DNA of 64,000 nt from an uncultured Planctomycetales bacterium (GTDB taxonomy: Bacteria; Omnitrophota; Gorgyraeia; Zapsychrales; JANLHA01): contig CAYVEC010000006.1 of NCBI GenBank assembly GCA_964450385.1, positions 8,745 to 72,744 on the forward strand. Direction: 5' to 3'. The translations under genes were made by a program, and so were the position numbers. Position 1 is the first letter of the stretch. The number at the start of each line of letters is the position of its first letter. The notes beneath the pieces were generated by a model that was given only the letters and a program-made list of their open reading frames with translations, was not told where the DNA came from and ran no database searches. Below are positions 46,284-55,945 of this stretch, one piece after another.

Positions 46284-49200
46284 TTGATGAACCAGTATCC
46301 TCCACGACAGGGATTGTATGAGCCGTTTTATGAACACGACAGCTGCGGGGTCGGGTTCCTGTGTCATATCAAGGGCCAGGCCTCTCACCGGATCGTTCGC
46401 GACGGCATCAAGATCCTGGAGAATCTGAATCACCGCGGGGCCACCGGGTCGGATCCGCTGACCGGGGACGGGGCTGGGATCCTGGTCCAGATGCCGGACC
46501 GGTTTTTCCGGCAGGCCTGCCGGCGGCAGAATATCGATCTCCCGCCGATGGGGGATTATGGCGTCGGGATGACATTCTTTCCACGGAACCTCGAGTCGCG
46601 GAACACGATCCAGGAATGGATCGAACGCGCCGTGCGGCAGGAGGGACAGGAGTTCCTCGGCTGGCGGGATGTCCCGATCCATCCGGAGTGCATCGGTCCG
46701 GTCGCGCTCTCTGGAATGCCGATCTTTCGCCAGCTCTTTATCGGTCGCGGACGGCATACGGGGCCCGAGGAGTTTGAGCGGCGGCTGTATCTTATCCGAA
46801 AGCATCTGTTCAATAAGGTCGAGGCCTCGATCCTTCGCGAAAAGCGGTCGTTTTATTTTTGCAGTCTCTCGTCGAGAACGATCGTCTATAAGGGTCAGCT
46901 GCTGGCCTCGCAGGTCGACAGCTTTTTTCCGGACCTCGCGGACGCGTCCTTTGAGAGCGCGATGGCTATGGTGCATTCGCGGTACAGCACGAACACATTC
47001 CCGACGTGGGGCCTGGCCCATCCGTTCCGGATGATCGCCCACAACGGCGAGATCAACACCCTGCGCGGCAATTTCAACTGGATGCGTGCCCGGGAGAAGA
47101 ATTTTACATCGACGATCTACAGCGATGCCGAGCTTCAGAAGATGCTGCCGGTCGTCGTCCCTCATGTGAGCGACTCGGCAACCTTTGATAATGCCCTTGA
47201 GTTCCTCGTCTTGTCTGGCCGGAGCCTGCCGGAGGCTATCATGATGATGATCCCGGAGGCCTGGAGCGGCGATCCATCGATGGATCCGGTGAAGCGAGAT
47301 TTTTATGAATATCAGTCGTGCCTTATGGAACCGTGGGACGGCCCGGCCTCGATCACGTTCACCGACGGGCGGTATATCGGCGCGATCCTCGACCGGAACG
47401 GTCTTCGGCCTTCACGGATCACGGTGACACGGGACGATCTTGTGATCATGGCCTCGGAGACCGGGGTCCTCCCGATTGCGCCGGAAGACGTTGTTCTCAA
47501 AACACGTCTTCAGCCCGGCAAGATCTTCCTGATCGACATGGCCGAGGGACGGATCATTGATGACGCGGAGATCAAAACCCGGAGCGCCTCGGCCCAGCCG
47601 TATGGTGCGTGGCTTCGGGAGAACGTCGTCAATCTTGACCGTCTGCCTCAGCCTAAGGCGGGGGTGCCGCTCAGCGAGCGCGAGCTCCTTGCCGTTCAAC
47701 GGGCCTTTGGATATACGCTCGAGGATATGAAGATCGTTCTCTGGCCGATGATCACTCAGGGCGAAGAGGCGACAGGGTCTATGGGTGCGGATTCATCGCT
47801 CGCGGTCCTGTCCTCTCGGCCGCAGCTTATCTATAATTATTTTCATCAGCTCTTTGCCCAGGTCACGAATCCGCCGATTGATCCCATCCGTGAGGAGAAT
47901 GTCATGTCGGAGCAGGTCTGGCTCGGCGCGGAGGGGAATCTCCTTGAGGAGGGGCCTGGTCACGCGCGCCGGATCCGGCTCAAACGGCCGCTCCTTTTGA
48001 ATGCGGAGCTCGAGAAGATCCGAGGGAATAAGATCAAGGATTTTAAAGTCCGCACCTTGTCTATGATTTTTTCCGTCGACGAAGGGTCCAGCGGTCTCGC
48101 GCCGGCCCTCGAGCGCTTGTTTCACGAGGCGGACCGGGCGATCGATGAGGGCTGTTCGGTGCTTATTCTCTCGGACCGTGCAATGGGGGAGAAGAGCGTT
48201 CCTATTCCGGCGCTCCTTGCGTGCGCAGGTCTTCACCATCATTTGGTCCGGCGACAGACGCGGACGCGCGTCAGCCTGATCGTTGAGACCGGCGAGGCAC
48301 GGGAGATGCATCATTTTGCCCTGCTCATCGGATACGGGTGTAACGCGATCAATCCGTATCTCATTGAAGAGATCATCCTTGATCAGCTCCGCCGGGGCCG
48401 GTTGCCTGAGGGGGTCACGTATGATATCGCGGTGAAGAATTTCCTGAAGAGTACGCGCAAGGGCCTGTTCAAGATCATTTCGAAAATGGGGATATCAACG
48501 GTCCAGTCGTATTGCGGGGCCCAGATCTTTGAGGCCGTGGGTTTAGGTGAAGACCTGATCGAAAAATATTTTACCGCTACGGTGTCGCGGATCGGGGGGA
48601 TCGGGATCGAGGACGTTGCCCGTGAGGCCCTGATGCGTCATGAGGCCGCCTATCCATCGGAGGAGAGGCCGGAATTCGGTCTTCTCGATAACGGGGGGTT
48701 CTATCATTGGCGCCAGGATGGCGAGGCGCATCAGATCAACCCGCAGACGATCCAGAAGCTCCAGTATGCCGTTCGCGCGAATAATGAGCGGGCCTATCAG
48801 GAGTTCGCAGAGTATCTGAACGGTCAGGCCATGAATCTGACAACGATTCGCGGATTGTTAAAATTTAAAAAGCGGGAGCCGGTCCCGATCGAGGAGGTTG
48901 AGCCGGTCGCCCAGATCGTGAGGCGTTTTGCTACCGGCGGGATGTCGTACGGTTCGATCTCGCGTGAGGCGCACGAATGCCTGGCGATCGCGATGAACCG
49001 CCTCGGCGGATTTTCGAATACCGGCGAAGGCGGTGAGGACCCCGTGCGGTTTCAGTCGGATCCGAATGGGGACCGGCGGCGGAGCCGGATCAAACAGGTG
49101 GCCCAGGGCCGGTTTGGCGTCACGATCGAATACCTTGTCAATGCCGATCAGATGCAGATCAAGATGGCCCAGGGCGCGAAACCCGGCGAGGGCGGGCAGC

Positions 49201-50822
49201 TGCCCGGGCACAAGGTGAGCGCCCAGATCGCGAAGACACGGCTCACGACGCCCGGGGTCGGATTGATCTCGCCGCCTCCGCATCATGATATTTATTCGAT
49301 CGAGGATCTGGCCCAGCTCATCCATGATCTCAAGAACGCGAATCCCGAGGCGGATGTGAGCGTGAAGCTCGTCTCCGAGGTCGGTGTCGGGACCGTTGCC
49401 GCCGGGGTCTCGAAGGGCAAGGCCGATCATCTGGTGATCAGCGGGTATGAGGGCGGGACCGGCGCCTCGCCGCAGACCTCGATCAAGCACGCGGGGCTCC
49501 CGATGGAGCTGGGGCTTGCCGAGGCCCAGCAGGTCTTGGTGATGAACGACCTTCGGGGCCGCATCCGGATCCAGGCCGACGGGATGATCCGCACGGGGCG
49601 CGACGTCGTGATCGCCGCCATGCTCGGGGCCGATGAATTCGGCTTTGGCACGATCGCGCTCGTGGCCTTAGGGTGCATGATGCTCCGCAAGTGCCATTTG
49701 AACGCCTGTTCGGTCGGGATCGCGACCCAGGACCCGGAGCTCAGGAAGAAATTTCAAGGCGATCCGCAGCACGTCGTCAATTATTTTCTCTTCGTGGCCC
49801 AGGAGGTCCGGCAGATCATGGCCTCGCTCGGTTTCCGGACCTTCCAGGAGATGATCGGGCGCGTTGATCTTCTTGAGACTCGGGAGGCCGTGGACCACTG
49901 GAAGGCGCGCGGCATTGATCTGACCTATGTCCTCCATCGCCCGGATGTGCCCGACGAGATCGCCCGGTGCCATCGCGAGCGGCAGGACCATGGTCTCGGC
50001 CGGGCCCTTGATCATGAACTGATCAAATACTGCAAACGCGCGATCGAGACGCACCGGCCGGTGAGTTTTGATGTCGAGATCCGCAATGAGAACCGCACCG
50101 TGGGCACGATGCTCAGTTCCTATATTGCCCGCCGGTACGGCATGACCGGCGTGCCGGAGGACACGATCAATATCCATTTTACGGGGTCCGCGGGCCAGAG
50201 TTTCGGCGCGTTTTTGTCGCGCGGGGTGACGTTCGTCCTTGAGGGAGACGCGAATGATTATCTCGGCAAGGGGCTCTCGGGCGGCAAGATCATTGTCTAT
50301 CCGCCGAAACAGGCCGATCTTGCCGCGGAGCAGAACATCCTCGTCGGGAATGTCCTGCTGTACGGCGCGATCTGCGGGGAGGCCTATTTCCGCGGGGTGG
50401 CCGGCGAGCGTTTCTGCGTCCGGAACAGCGGGGCCTATGCCGTGGTCGAGGGTGCCGGGGACCATTGCTGCGAATATATGACCGGCGGCCGGGTGGTGGT
50501 CCTGGGCCCGACGGGAAAGAATTTCGGGGCCGGGATGAGCGGCGGGATCGCCTACGTCCTGGACCGGGACGGCACCTTTGCCCAGCGGTTCAACGATGGG
50601 ATGGCGGATCTGTGCCCTGTCGATGACCCCAAGGATGCCGCGGAACTGTTGGCCATGGTGAGGAATCATTATCGCTATACCTCAAGCGCCCTGGCGCGGG
50701 GGGTCCTGGATCATTGGGAGGAGACGCTCCCGCATTTTGTGAAGGTCTATCCGCGGGATTATCGTCGGGTCCTTGAGGCCGAGGCACGGATCGATGAGAG
50801 GGATGAATCAGCTAACGAATGA
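46284..50822 (+). CDS. gltB: glutamate synthase large subunit
   Basis: 1512 aa; N-terminal Ntn amidotransferase start ...CGVGF, FMN/3Fe-4S central domain, C-terminal GXGXG beta-helix. Confidence 0.95.
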   Translation: MMNQYPPRQGLYEPFYEHDSCGVGFLCHIKGQASHRIVRDGIKILENLNHRGATGSDPLTGDGAGILVQMPDRFFRQACRRQNIDLPPMGDYGVGMTFFPRNLESRNTIQEWIERAVRQEGQEFLGWRDVPIHPECIGPVALSGMPIFRQLFIGRGRHTGPEEFERRLYLIRKHLFNKVEASILREKRSFYFCSLSSRTIVYKGQLLASQVDSFFPDLADASFESAMAMVHSRYSTNTFPTWGLAHPFRMIAHNGEINTLRGNFNWMRAREKNFTSTIYSDAELQKMLPVVVPHVSDSATFDNALEFLVLSGRSLPEAIMMMIPEAWSGDPSMDPVKRDFYEYQSCLMEPWDGPASITFTDGRYIGAILDRNGLRPSRITVTRDDLVIMASETGVLPIAPEDVVLKTRLQPGKIFLIDMAEGRIIDDAEIKTRSASAQPYGAWLRENVVNLDRLPQPKAGVPLSERELLAVQRAFGYTLEDMKIVLWPMITQGEEATGSMGADSSLAVLSSRPQLIYNYFHQLFAQVTNPPIDPIREENVMSEQVWLGAEGNLLEEGPGHARRIRLKRPLLLNAELEKIRGNKIKDFKVRTLSMIFSVDEGSSGLAPALERLFHEADRAIDEGCSVLILSDRAMGEKSVPIPALLACAGLHHHLVRRQTRTRVSLIVETGEAREMHHFALLIGYGCNAINPYLIEEIILDQLRRGRLPEGVTYDIAVKNFLKSTRKGLFKIISKMGISTVQSYCGAQIFEAVGLGEDLIEKYFTATVSRIGGIGIEDVAREALMRHEAAYPSEERPEFGLLDNGGFYHWRQDGEAHQINPQTIQKLQYAVRANNERAYQEFAEYLNGQAMNLTTIRGLLKFKKREPVPIEEVEPVAQIVRRFATGGMSYGSISREAHECLAIAMNRLGGFSNTGEGGEDPVRFQSDPNGDRRRSRIKQVAQGRFGVTIEYLVNADQMQIKMAQGAKPGEGGQLPGHKVSAQIAKTRLTTPGVGLISPPPHHDIYSIEDLAQLIHDLKNANPEADVSVKLVSEVGVGTVAAGVSKGKADHLVISGYEGGTGASPQTSIKHAGLPMELGLAEAQQVLVMNDLRGRIRIQADGMIRTGRDVVIAAMLGADEFGFGTIALVALGCMMLRKCHLNACSVGIATQDPELRKKFQGDPQHVVNYFLFVAQEVRQIMASLGFRTFQEMIGRVDLLETREAVDHWKARGIDLTYVLHRPDVPDEIARCHRERQDHGLGRALDHELIKYCKRAIETHRPVSFDVEIRNENRTVGTMLSSYIARRYGMTGVPEDTINIHFTGSAGQSFGAFLSRGVTFVLEGDANDYLGKGLSGGKIIVYPPKQADLAAEQNILVGNVLLYGAICGEAYFRGVAGERFCVRNSGAYAVVEGAGDHCCEYMTGGRVVVLGPTGKNFGAGMSGGIAYVLDRDGTFAQRFNDGMADLCPVDDPKDAAELLAMVRNHYRYTSSALARGVLDHWEETLPHFVKVYPRDYRRVLEAEARIDERDESANE

Positions 50823-50857
50823 ACCGGACGAGTCGGCCGGGGTGAAAGGCGCGGGGC

Positions 50858-52285
50858 ATGGGAGAGGTGAAGGGGTTTTTAAAGATCGATCGACAGGAAT
50901 ATCGTAAGGAAAGCGTCGAGCAGCGGCTCCGGCACTGGCGCGAGTTCATTGCGCTGTTGAGTGATGAGGAGCTCGCCGCGCAGGGGTCGCGGTGCATGGA
51001 CTGCGGGGTGCCGTTCTGCCATTCCGGATGCCCGATCCACAATCTGATTCCGGACTGGAATGACCTTGTGTTTCAGGGGCGCTGGCAGGAGGCGGCGGAA
51101 CGGCTCTACCGGACGAATAATTTTCCGGAATTCACGGGGCGCGTCTGTCCGGCCCCGTGTGAGAACGCCTGCGTCCTCGGATACAATTATCCGGCGGTGA
51201 CGATCAAGCATATCGAGCTCGCGATCATCGAGAAGGCGTATGCCGAGGGATGGATGTCGCCCCGTCCGCCCCGCCGCCGAACCGGGAAGACCGTTGCGGT
51301 GGTCGGGTCCGGCCCGGCGGGTCTCGCCTGCGCGGACCAACTTAATAAATGGGGGCATCGCGTGACGGTTTTTGAAAAAAACGAGCGCCCCGGTGGGCTG
51401 CTTCGCTTTGGCATCCCTGATTTTAAACTCCAAAAGGACATTGTGGACCGTCGGCTTGACGTGATGAAAAAAGAGGGCGTTGAATTTAAGACCGGGATTT
51501 GTGTGGGCCGCGATATTCGCCTGTCCGATCTCCAGAAAAAATATCACGCTGTTGTTTTAAGCGGCGGGGCTGAGGCGCCCCGCGATCTTGCGGTCGAAGG
51601 ACGGGATCTTAAGGGCGTCTATTTCGCGATGGAATTCCTGGCTCAGCAGAACCGCGTCAACAGCGGGATCAAATTTCAGAACGACCGGATCGATGTGAAC
51701 GGCAAACGGGTCGTTGTCCTTGGCGGCGGGGACACAGGGAGCGACTGCGTCGGGACGTCGCGGCGCCAGGGGGCGGCGAGCGTTGTCCAGATTGAGCTCC
51801 TGCCGCGGCCGCCAAAGGAGCGGGCCCCGGACAATCCCTGGCCCCAGTGGGCCCTGGTCGAGCGGACGTCAACGTCCCATGAAGAGGGTGTCGTGCGCGA
51901 GTACGCGGTCCTCACGAAGCGGTTGAGCGGCGAGAACGGCGTTCTTCACAAACTTCACGCGGCGCGGGTCGAGTTCGGTCCGAAGGACCCTGCGACCGGG
52001 CGTCAGCCCATGACCGAGGTCCCTGGTTCTGGATTTGAGATCGAGTGTGACTATGTGTTCTTGGCGATGGGTTTTCTGGGTCCGGTGACGTCCGGGATGA
52101 TCGACGAGGCCGGCATCGCGCTCGACCCTCGGGGGAATATTCAGACGGACAGTTCCTACATGACGAGCCTCTCCGGGGTCTTTGCCGCCGGAGATATGCG
52201 GCGGGGGCAGTCGCTCGTGGTCTGGGCGATCGAGGAGGGCCGGGCAGCCGCTGAGGGAGCGCATCGCTTTCTCTCTCAGGCCTGA
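50858..52285 (+). CDS. gltD: glutamate synthase small subunit
   Basis: Two Cys clusters ([14 protein letters not shown]; [10 protein letters not shown]) + FAD/NADPH folds [15 protein letters not shown]. Confidence 0.9.
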   Translation: MGEVKGFLKIDRQEYRKESVEQRLRHWREFIALLSDEELAAQGSRCMDCGVPFCHSGCPIHNLIPDWNDLVFQGRWQEAAERLYRTNNFPEFTGRVCPAPCENACVLGYNYPAVTIKHIELAIIEKAYAEGWMSPRPPRRRTGKTVAVVGSGPAGLACADQLNKWGHRVTVFEKNERPGGLLRFGIPDFKLQKDIVDRRLDVMKKEGVEFKTGICVGRDIRLSDLQKKYHAVVLSGGAEAPRDLAVEGRDLKGVYFAMEFLAQQNRVNSGIKFQNDRIDVNGKRVVVLGGGDTGSDCVGTSRRQGAASVVQIELLPRPPKERAPDNPWPQWALVERTSTSHEEGVVREYAVLTKRLSGENGVLHKLHAARVEFGPKDPATGRQPMTEVPGSGFEIECDYVFLAMGFLGPVTSGMIDEAGIALDPRGNIQTDSSYMTSLSGVFAAGDMRRGQSLVVWAIEEGRAAAEGAHRFLSQA

Positions 52286-52312
52286 GGGCTGTGACCGCGG
52301 ATGTGTTTTTTG

Positions 52313-52337
52313 GGGCGCCTTGTTAGGCGCCCTTTTT
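52313..52337 (+). terminator. rho-independent terminator after gltD, shared with convergent transporter gene
   Basis: Stem GGGCGCC/GGCGCCC, loop TTGTTA, then TTTTTATTT; stop codon of minus-strand SSS gene lies in the loop. Confidence 0.7.
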
Positions 52338-53630
52338 ATTTGTCCGGGGGCTCGACGGGCCGAACAGGATAACGGCGTTCATGAGGAAGCCGGCCAGGAT
52401 AACGGCATTCCCTCCCGGGACTGACGTGAGGACGAGGATCTTTCCGGCGAGCGCGGTGAGGCCTCCCGCGGCGCAGGCGGTCATGGCCCGTGAGGCGGTG
52501 GTCTTAAAACCGCAGAGCCCCGCGAGGACCGGGATCGTGAAGGCCCCGGAGAAAAAACTGAACGCCAGGAGCAGGGATTGAATGATGTTCGCGACCATGA
52601 GCGCGATCATGAGGCTCACGGCGCCGATGAGAAGAATAAGCCGCTGGGTGAGGCGGATCGAGGGCGGTTGTTTTAGATCGATAAAAAATTCACTGGAGAT
52701 CGAGGCCGCGGTGAGCAGGGTCGTGTCCGCGGACGAGATCACCGCCGAGAGCAGGGCGATCCCGATGATCGGCGAGAGGAGAGGGCCGGAGAGAAAGCCG
52801 AAGCCGTGCCGATGCCCGGTCGTCGCGATCAGGACGAGCGCGGCCGAGACCGGGACGAGGAGCAGGACCGTGACCAGGACCGAACGCCGGGCGGTCTGTT
52901 CATCCCGCGCGCAGAAGAGGCGTGAATAGACGTCTGGTCCGACGAGGAATGTCGTTGCGTAGGTCATGCCAAGGACCGCGAGGTCCAGGGAGGTGAAGGA
53001 GGGGTTAAAGGGAAAGGTGGCATGGATCTGATTCCACGACGGGATCCCGGCCGCCTTGATCGCCGCGGCGGCGGAAGATCCAAGGCCGACCAGCATGAGG
53101 AGCAATTGCCAGAGGTCTGTCCGGATGATCGAGCGCTGTCCGCCGAGTGCGGTGTAGAGGGCCAAGACAAGGGCCGTGAGCGCGGCGCCCCAGGGATAGG
53201 ACAGAGGGGTGAGGGCCGCGATGATTTTACCGGCGCCGATGATCTGTGCCGCGACGACGCCGGTCCAGGCGAGCGGGATCATGGCGCAGGCGAGCCGTTT
53301 GACGCCTGTCCCATAAAAATGTTCGAGGAGATCCGGCAGGGTGAATTGAGCCTGTCGGCGCACGCGCTCTGCGAGCGGGATCAAGGCGAGAAGCCCGAGG
53401 CCTCCGGACCAGAGGAGCCAGACCGCGGCCCAGCCCGTTTTTTGTGCCAGCGACACGGTCCCCAGGATCGCGGAACTGCCGAGGATCGTGGCGAGGAGGC
53501 TCGCGGTGGTAGCGGTGGTTGCGTTCGCCTGTCCGGCCAGATAAAAGTCCTGCGGCTTATGGGCTCTGCGCGCGTAGATGAGCCCGATGCCGAGCGAGAA
53601 GGCAAAAAAGACAAGCATTAGAAGGGTCAT
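52323..53630 (-). CDS. sodium:solute symporter (SSS) family transporter
   Basis: 435 aa, about 12 TM; SSS-like N-terminus ...FYLAGQANATTA... and Gly-rich helices. Confidence 0.8.
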   Translation of the reverse strand: MTLLMLVFFAFSLGIGLIYARRAHKPQDFYLAGQANATTATTASLLATILGSSAILGTVSLAQKTGWAAVWLLWSGGLGLLALIPLAERVRRQAQFTLPDLLEHFYGTGVKRLACAMIPLAWTGVVAAQIIGAGKIIAALTPLSYPWGAALTALVLALYTALGGQRSIIRTDLWQLLLMLVGLGSSAAAAIKAAGIPSWNQIHATFPFNPSFTSLDLAVLGMTYATTFLVGPDVYSRLFCARDEQTARRSVLVTVLLLVPVSAALVLIATTGHRHGFGFLSGPLLSPIIGIALLSAVISSADTTLLTAASISSEFFIDLKQPPSIRLTQRLILLIGAVSLMIALMVANIIQSLLLAFSFFSGAFTIPVLAGLCGFKTTASRAMTACAAGGLTALAGKILVLTSVPGGNAVILAGFLMNAVILFGPSSPRTNKKGA

Positions 53631-54146
53631 GGAGATACTTTACTTAAAAAGGCAGGGCAAGGCAACTGGAAATATTAAGGAAAACGTTACGCTGCGGCGG
53701 TGATGATGGGCTATGATTGGCCTGGAAATCGTCTGGACGTGGTCTGATCGCTTTGGCGTGTCGCAGGAGGCGGCCGGGGGCGCTGATCATGGAATGCTTG
53801 CGACGGACGCCTCGTTAAAGCGCGGCCCCGAGGGCGGGATCGATTTCAAAAATATTTTTGTCACGGAGAGCGGCGCCGCTGCCGGAGCGGCCGCTCAGGG
53901 TCTCGAGGTGCAGTCCATCCAGATCCTTAGGGATGAGATCGTCGGGCTGTATCCTGTGATCACCGGGGTCGACCTTGGGGTGAATGCCATGAATTTTTAA
54001 TCCCACCGCCTTCGCGGTCAGGGGTTTTCCTGCCGAAACGCCTCAGGAATTTCAATTGCGTCCGATATATCTTATAGTATAATAAAACAGTTTTTGCGGG
54101 GGGTATCTTTTATTAAAACAGGTTTGATCCTCAGGGGGGAAAAGAC

Positions 54147-54608
54147 ATGAAACGCGCGATTCTCGTATTCGCAGCCATGCTGCTCATCACGGGGTGCGGC
54201 AAGCCGGCTCAGACCGGGGCGCCGGATAGCGCCGGAGAGAGTCCGGAGGCCAAGTATATCAATGAGGCGGTCGCGTTTTTGCAGAACAGACAGCCCACGG
54301 AGGCGATCCTGTCCTTAGAGAAGGCGATTCGGACGAACCCGAAGGAGCTTCAGTCCTATATGTTGATGGGGCAGACATATATGCATATGAATGATTTTGT
54401 CAATGCCACGGAGACCTATCGAGCGGCCCTGCGCGTGGCGCCGGACCGGGGGGAATTATATTATCTCTTGGCCATGACGTATGCCTTTCAGGGGAACAAG
54501 CCGGAGGCGATTAATAATGCTGAAAAGAGCCTCTTGATCTTCCAGAAGGAGCGCGATGAGGAGAATTTTAAGCGCGCCCTTTCCATGCTTCAGGGATTGT
54601 CACAGTAG
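54147..54608 (+). CDS. TPR-repeat lipoprotein
   Basis: Lipobox LITGC; three TPR-like helical repeats; 153 aa. Confidence 0.65.
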   Translation: MKRAILVFAAMLLITGCGKPAQTGAPDSAGESPEAKYINEAVAFLQNRQPTEAILSLEKAIRTNPKELQSYMLMGQTYMHMNDFVNATETYRAALRVAPDRGELYYLLAMTYAFQGNKPEAINNAEKSLLIFQKERDEENFKRALSMLQGLSQ

Positions 54609-54648
54609 GTGCAGCGCGCTGATTGTTAGGGGCTTTCTCGACGGAGAG

Positions 54649-54703
54649 TGTCAAGGATTGGCCGGTGAAAGTCCTTGACATTGGCGGGTGATAACGGTAT
54701 AGT
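54649..54703 (+). promoter_or_regulatory. carA promoter with overlapping 9-bp inverted-repeat operator
   Basis: IR TGTCAAGGA-N14-TCCTTGACA; right arm contains -35 TTGACA (54675-54680), 17-nt spacer, -10 TATAGT (54698-54703). Confidence 0.55.
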
Positions 54704-54724
54704 AAACTATGTTTTAGGGCATTG

Positions 54725-54764
54725 AAGTCCTCAAAATTGTGGTTAATTTTGAGGACTTTTTTTG
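54725..54764 (+). terminator. leader hairpin + T7 in carA 5' UTR (candidate transcription attenuator)
   Basis: Near-perfect 14-bp stem AAGTCCTCAAAATT/AATTTTGAGGACTT, loop GTGGTT, then TTTTTTTG, located between promoter -10 and carA ATG. Confidence 0.55.
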
Positions 54765-54805
54765 TGAAAAAATCAAGTTCGGCGTATTTTCAAGCTGGGG
54801 AATCC

Positions 54806-55936
54806 ATGAAACGGGCGGTTATTTATTTAGAAGACGGGGTGATGTTTTACGGCCGGTCCCTTGATGTCACGGGTGAGTCCGAGGGCGAGGTTGTCTTTAA
54901 CACCTCGATGACCGGTTATCAGGAGATCCTGACGGACCCGAGTTATGCCGGTCAGATCGTGACCATGACGTATCCGCTTATTGGAAATTATGGGGTCAAC
55001 GGCGATGATGTTGAGTCGGACCGCGTCCATGTGAAGGGTTTTGTCGTCAAGGAATTCTGCCGCCGCCATTCGAATTTCCGCGCCACCGAAAGCCTGATCG
55101 ATTATCTAAAGCGTTATCAGATCCTCGCGGTTGAGGGGGTGGACACCCGGGCACTCACACGTCATCTTCGCGAGCATGGGTCGATGCGCGCGATCTTGTC
55201 GACCGAGGACATGGACCCGGCCTCGCTGGCTAAAAAAATGACACGGGTCCCGTCGATGGACGGGGCGGATTGGGTGAGCGCGGTCACGGCCCGTGAGCCG
55301 TATGTCTGGCCGGCGGAGGGGGCGTATCAAGACCGTCCGAGGTTTCGCGTCGCGGTCATTGACTGCGGGGTCAAGTGGACGATCCTGCGTATCTTTGCCC
55401 GGCTTGGGTGCGAGTGCCATGTCTTTCCGGCCGGGACGGCGCTCGAGGCGATGCTTGCTATTCGGCCGGATGGGCTCTTTATTTCAAACGGTCCCGGGGA
55501 CCCGGCGGCCGTGACCTCTGTTATCGCCGAGACGCGCAAGGCGATCGGCCGGCTGCCGATCTTTGGGATCTGCCTCGGCAATCAGATCTTGGGGCTAGCC
55601 CTGGGCGGACGGACCTATAAATTAAAGTTTGGACATCACGGGGCGAATCACCCGGTCCTGGATACGAGCCATGCCCGGATCGGGATCACATCGCAGAACC
55701 ACGGATTTTGTGTGGACCTTAATTCACTTGATCGGAAGGATATCGAGATCATCAACCTGAATCTGAACGATCAGACGGTCGAGGGAATTCGGCATAAACG
55801 ATATCCGATCTATGCGGTGCAGCATCATCCCGAGGCCGCGCCGGGGCCGCACGATGCCAGGTATTTGTTTGAAGATTTTATCCGGATGATGAATGAGAAT
55901 GCAACAGGGGTCGGGCGGCCAGCGGGCCGTCGCTAG
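54806..55936 (+). CDS. carA: carbamoyl-phosphate synthase small (glutaminase) subunit
   Basis: MKRAVIYLEDGVMFYGRSLD... CarA N-domain + class I GATase triad (GICLGNQ, HH); ATG 54806 (ORF-track TTG 54722 runs through leader hairpin). Confidence 0.9.
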   Translation: MKRAVIYLEDGVMFYGRSLDVTGESEGEVVFNTSMTGYQEILTDPSYAGQIVTMTYPLIGNYGVNGDDVESDRVHVKGFVVKEFCRRHSNFRATESLIDYLKRYQILAVEGVDTRALTRHLREHGSMRAILSTEDMDPASLAKKMTRVPSMDGADWVSAVTAREPYVWPAEGAYQDRPRFRVAVIDCGVKWTILRIFARLGCECHVFPAGTALEAMLAIRPDGLFISNGPGDPAAVTSVIAETRKAIGRLPIFGICLGNQILGLALGGRTYKLKFGHHGANHPVLDTSHARIGITSQNHGFCVDLNSLDRKDIEIINLNLNDQTVEGIRHKRYPIYAVQHHPEAAPGPHDARYLFEDFIRMMNENATGVGRPAGRR

Positions 55937-55945
55937 GGACAGAGT

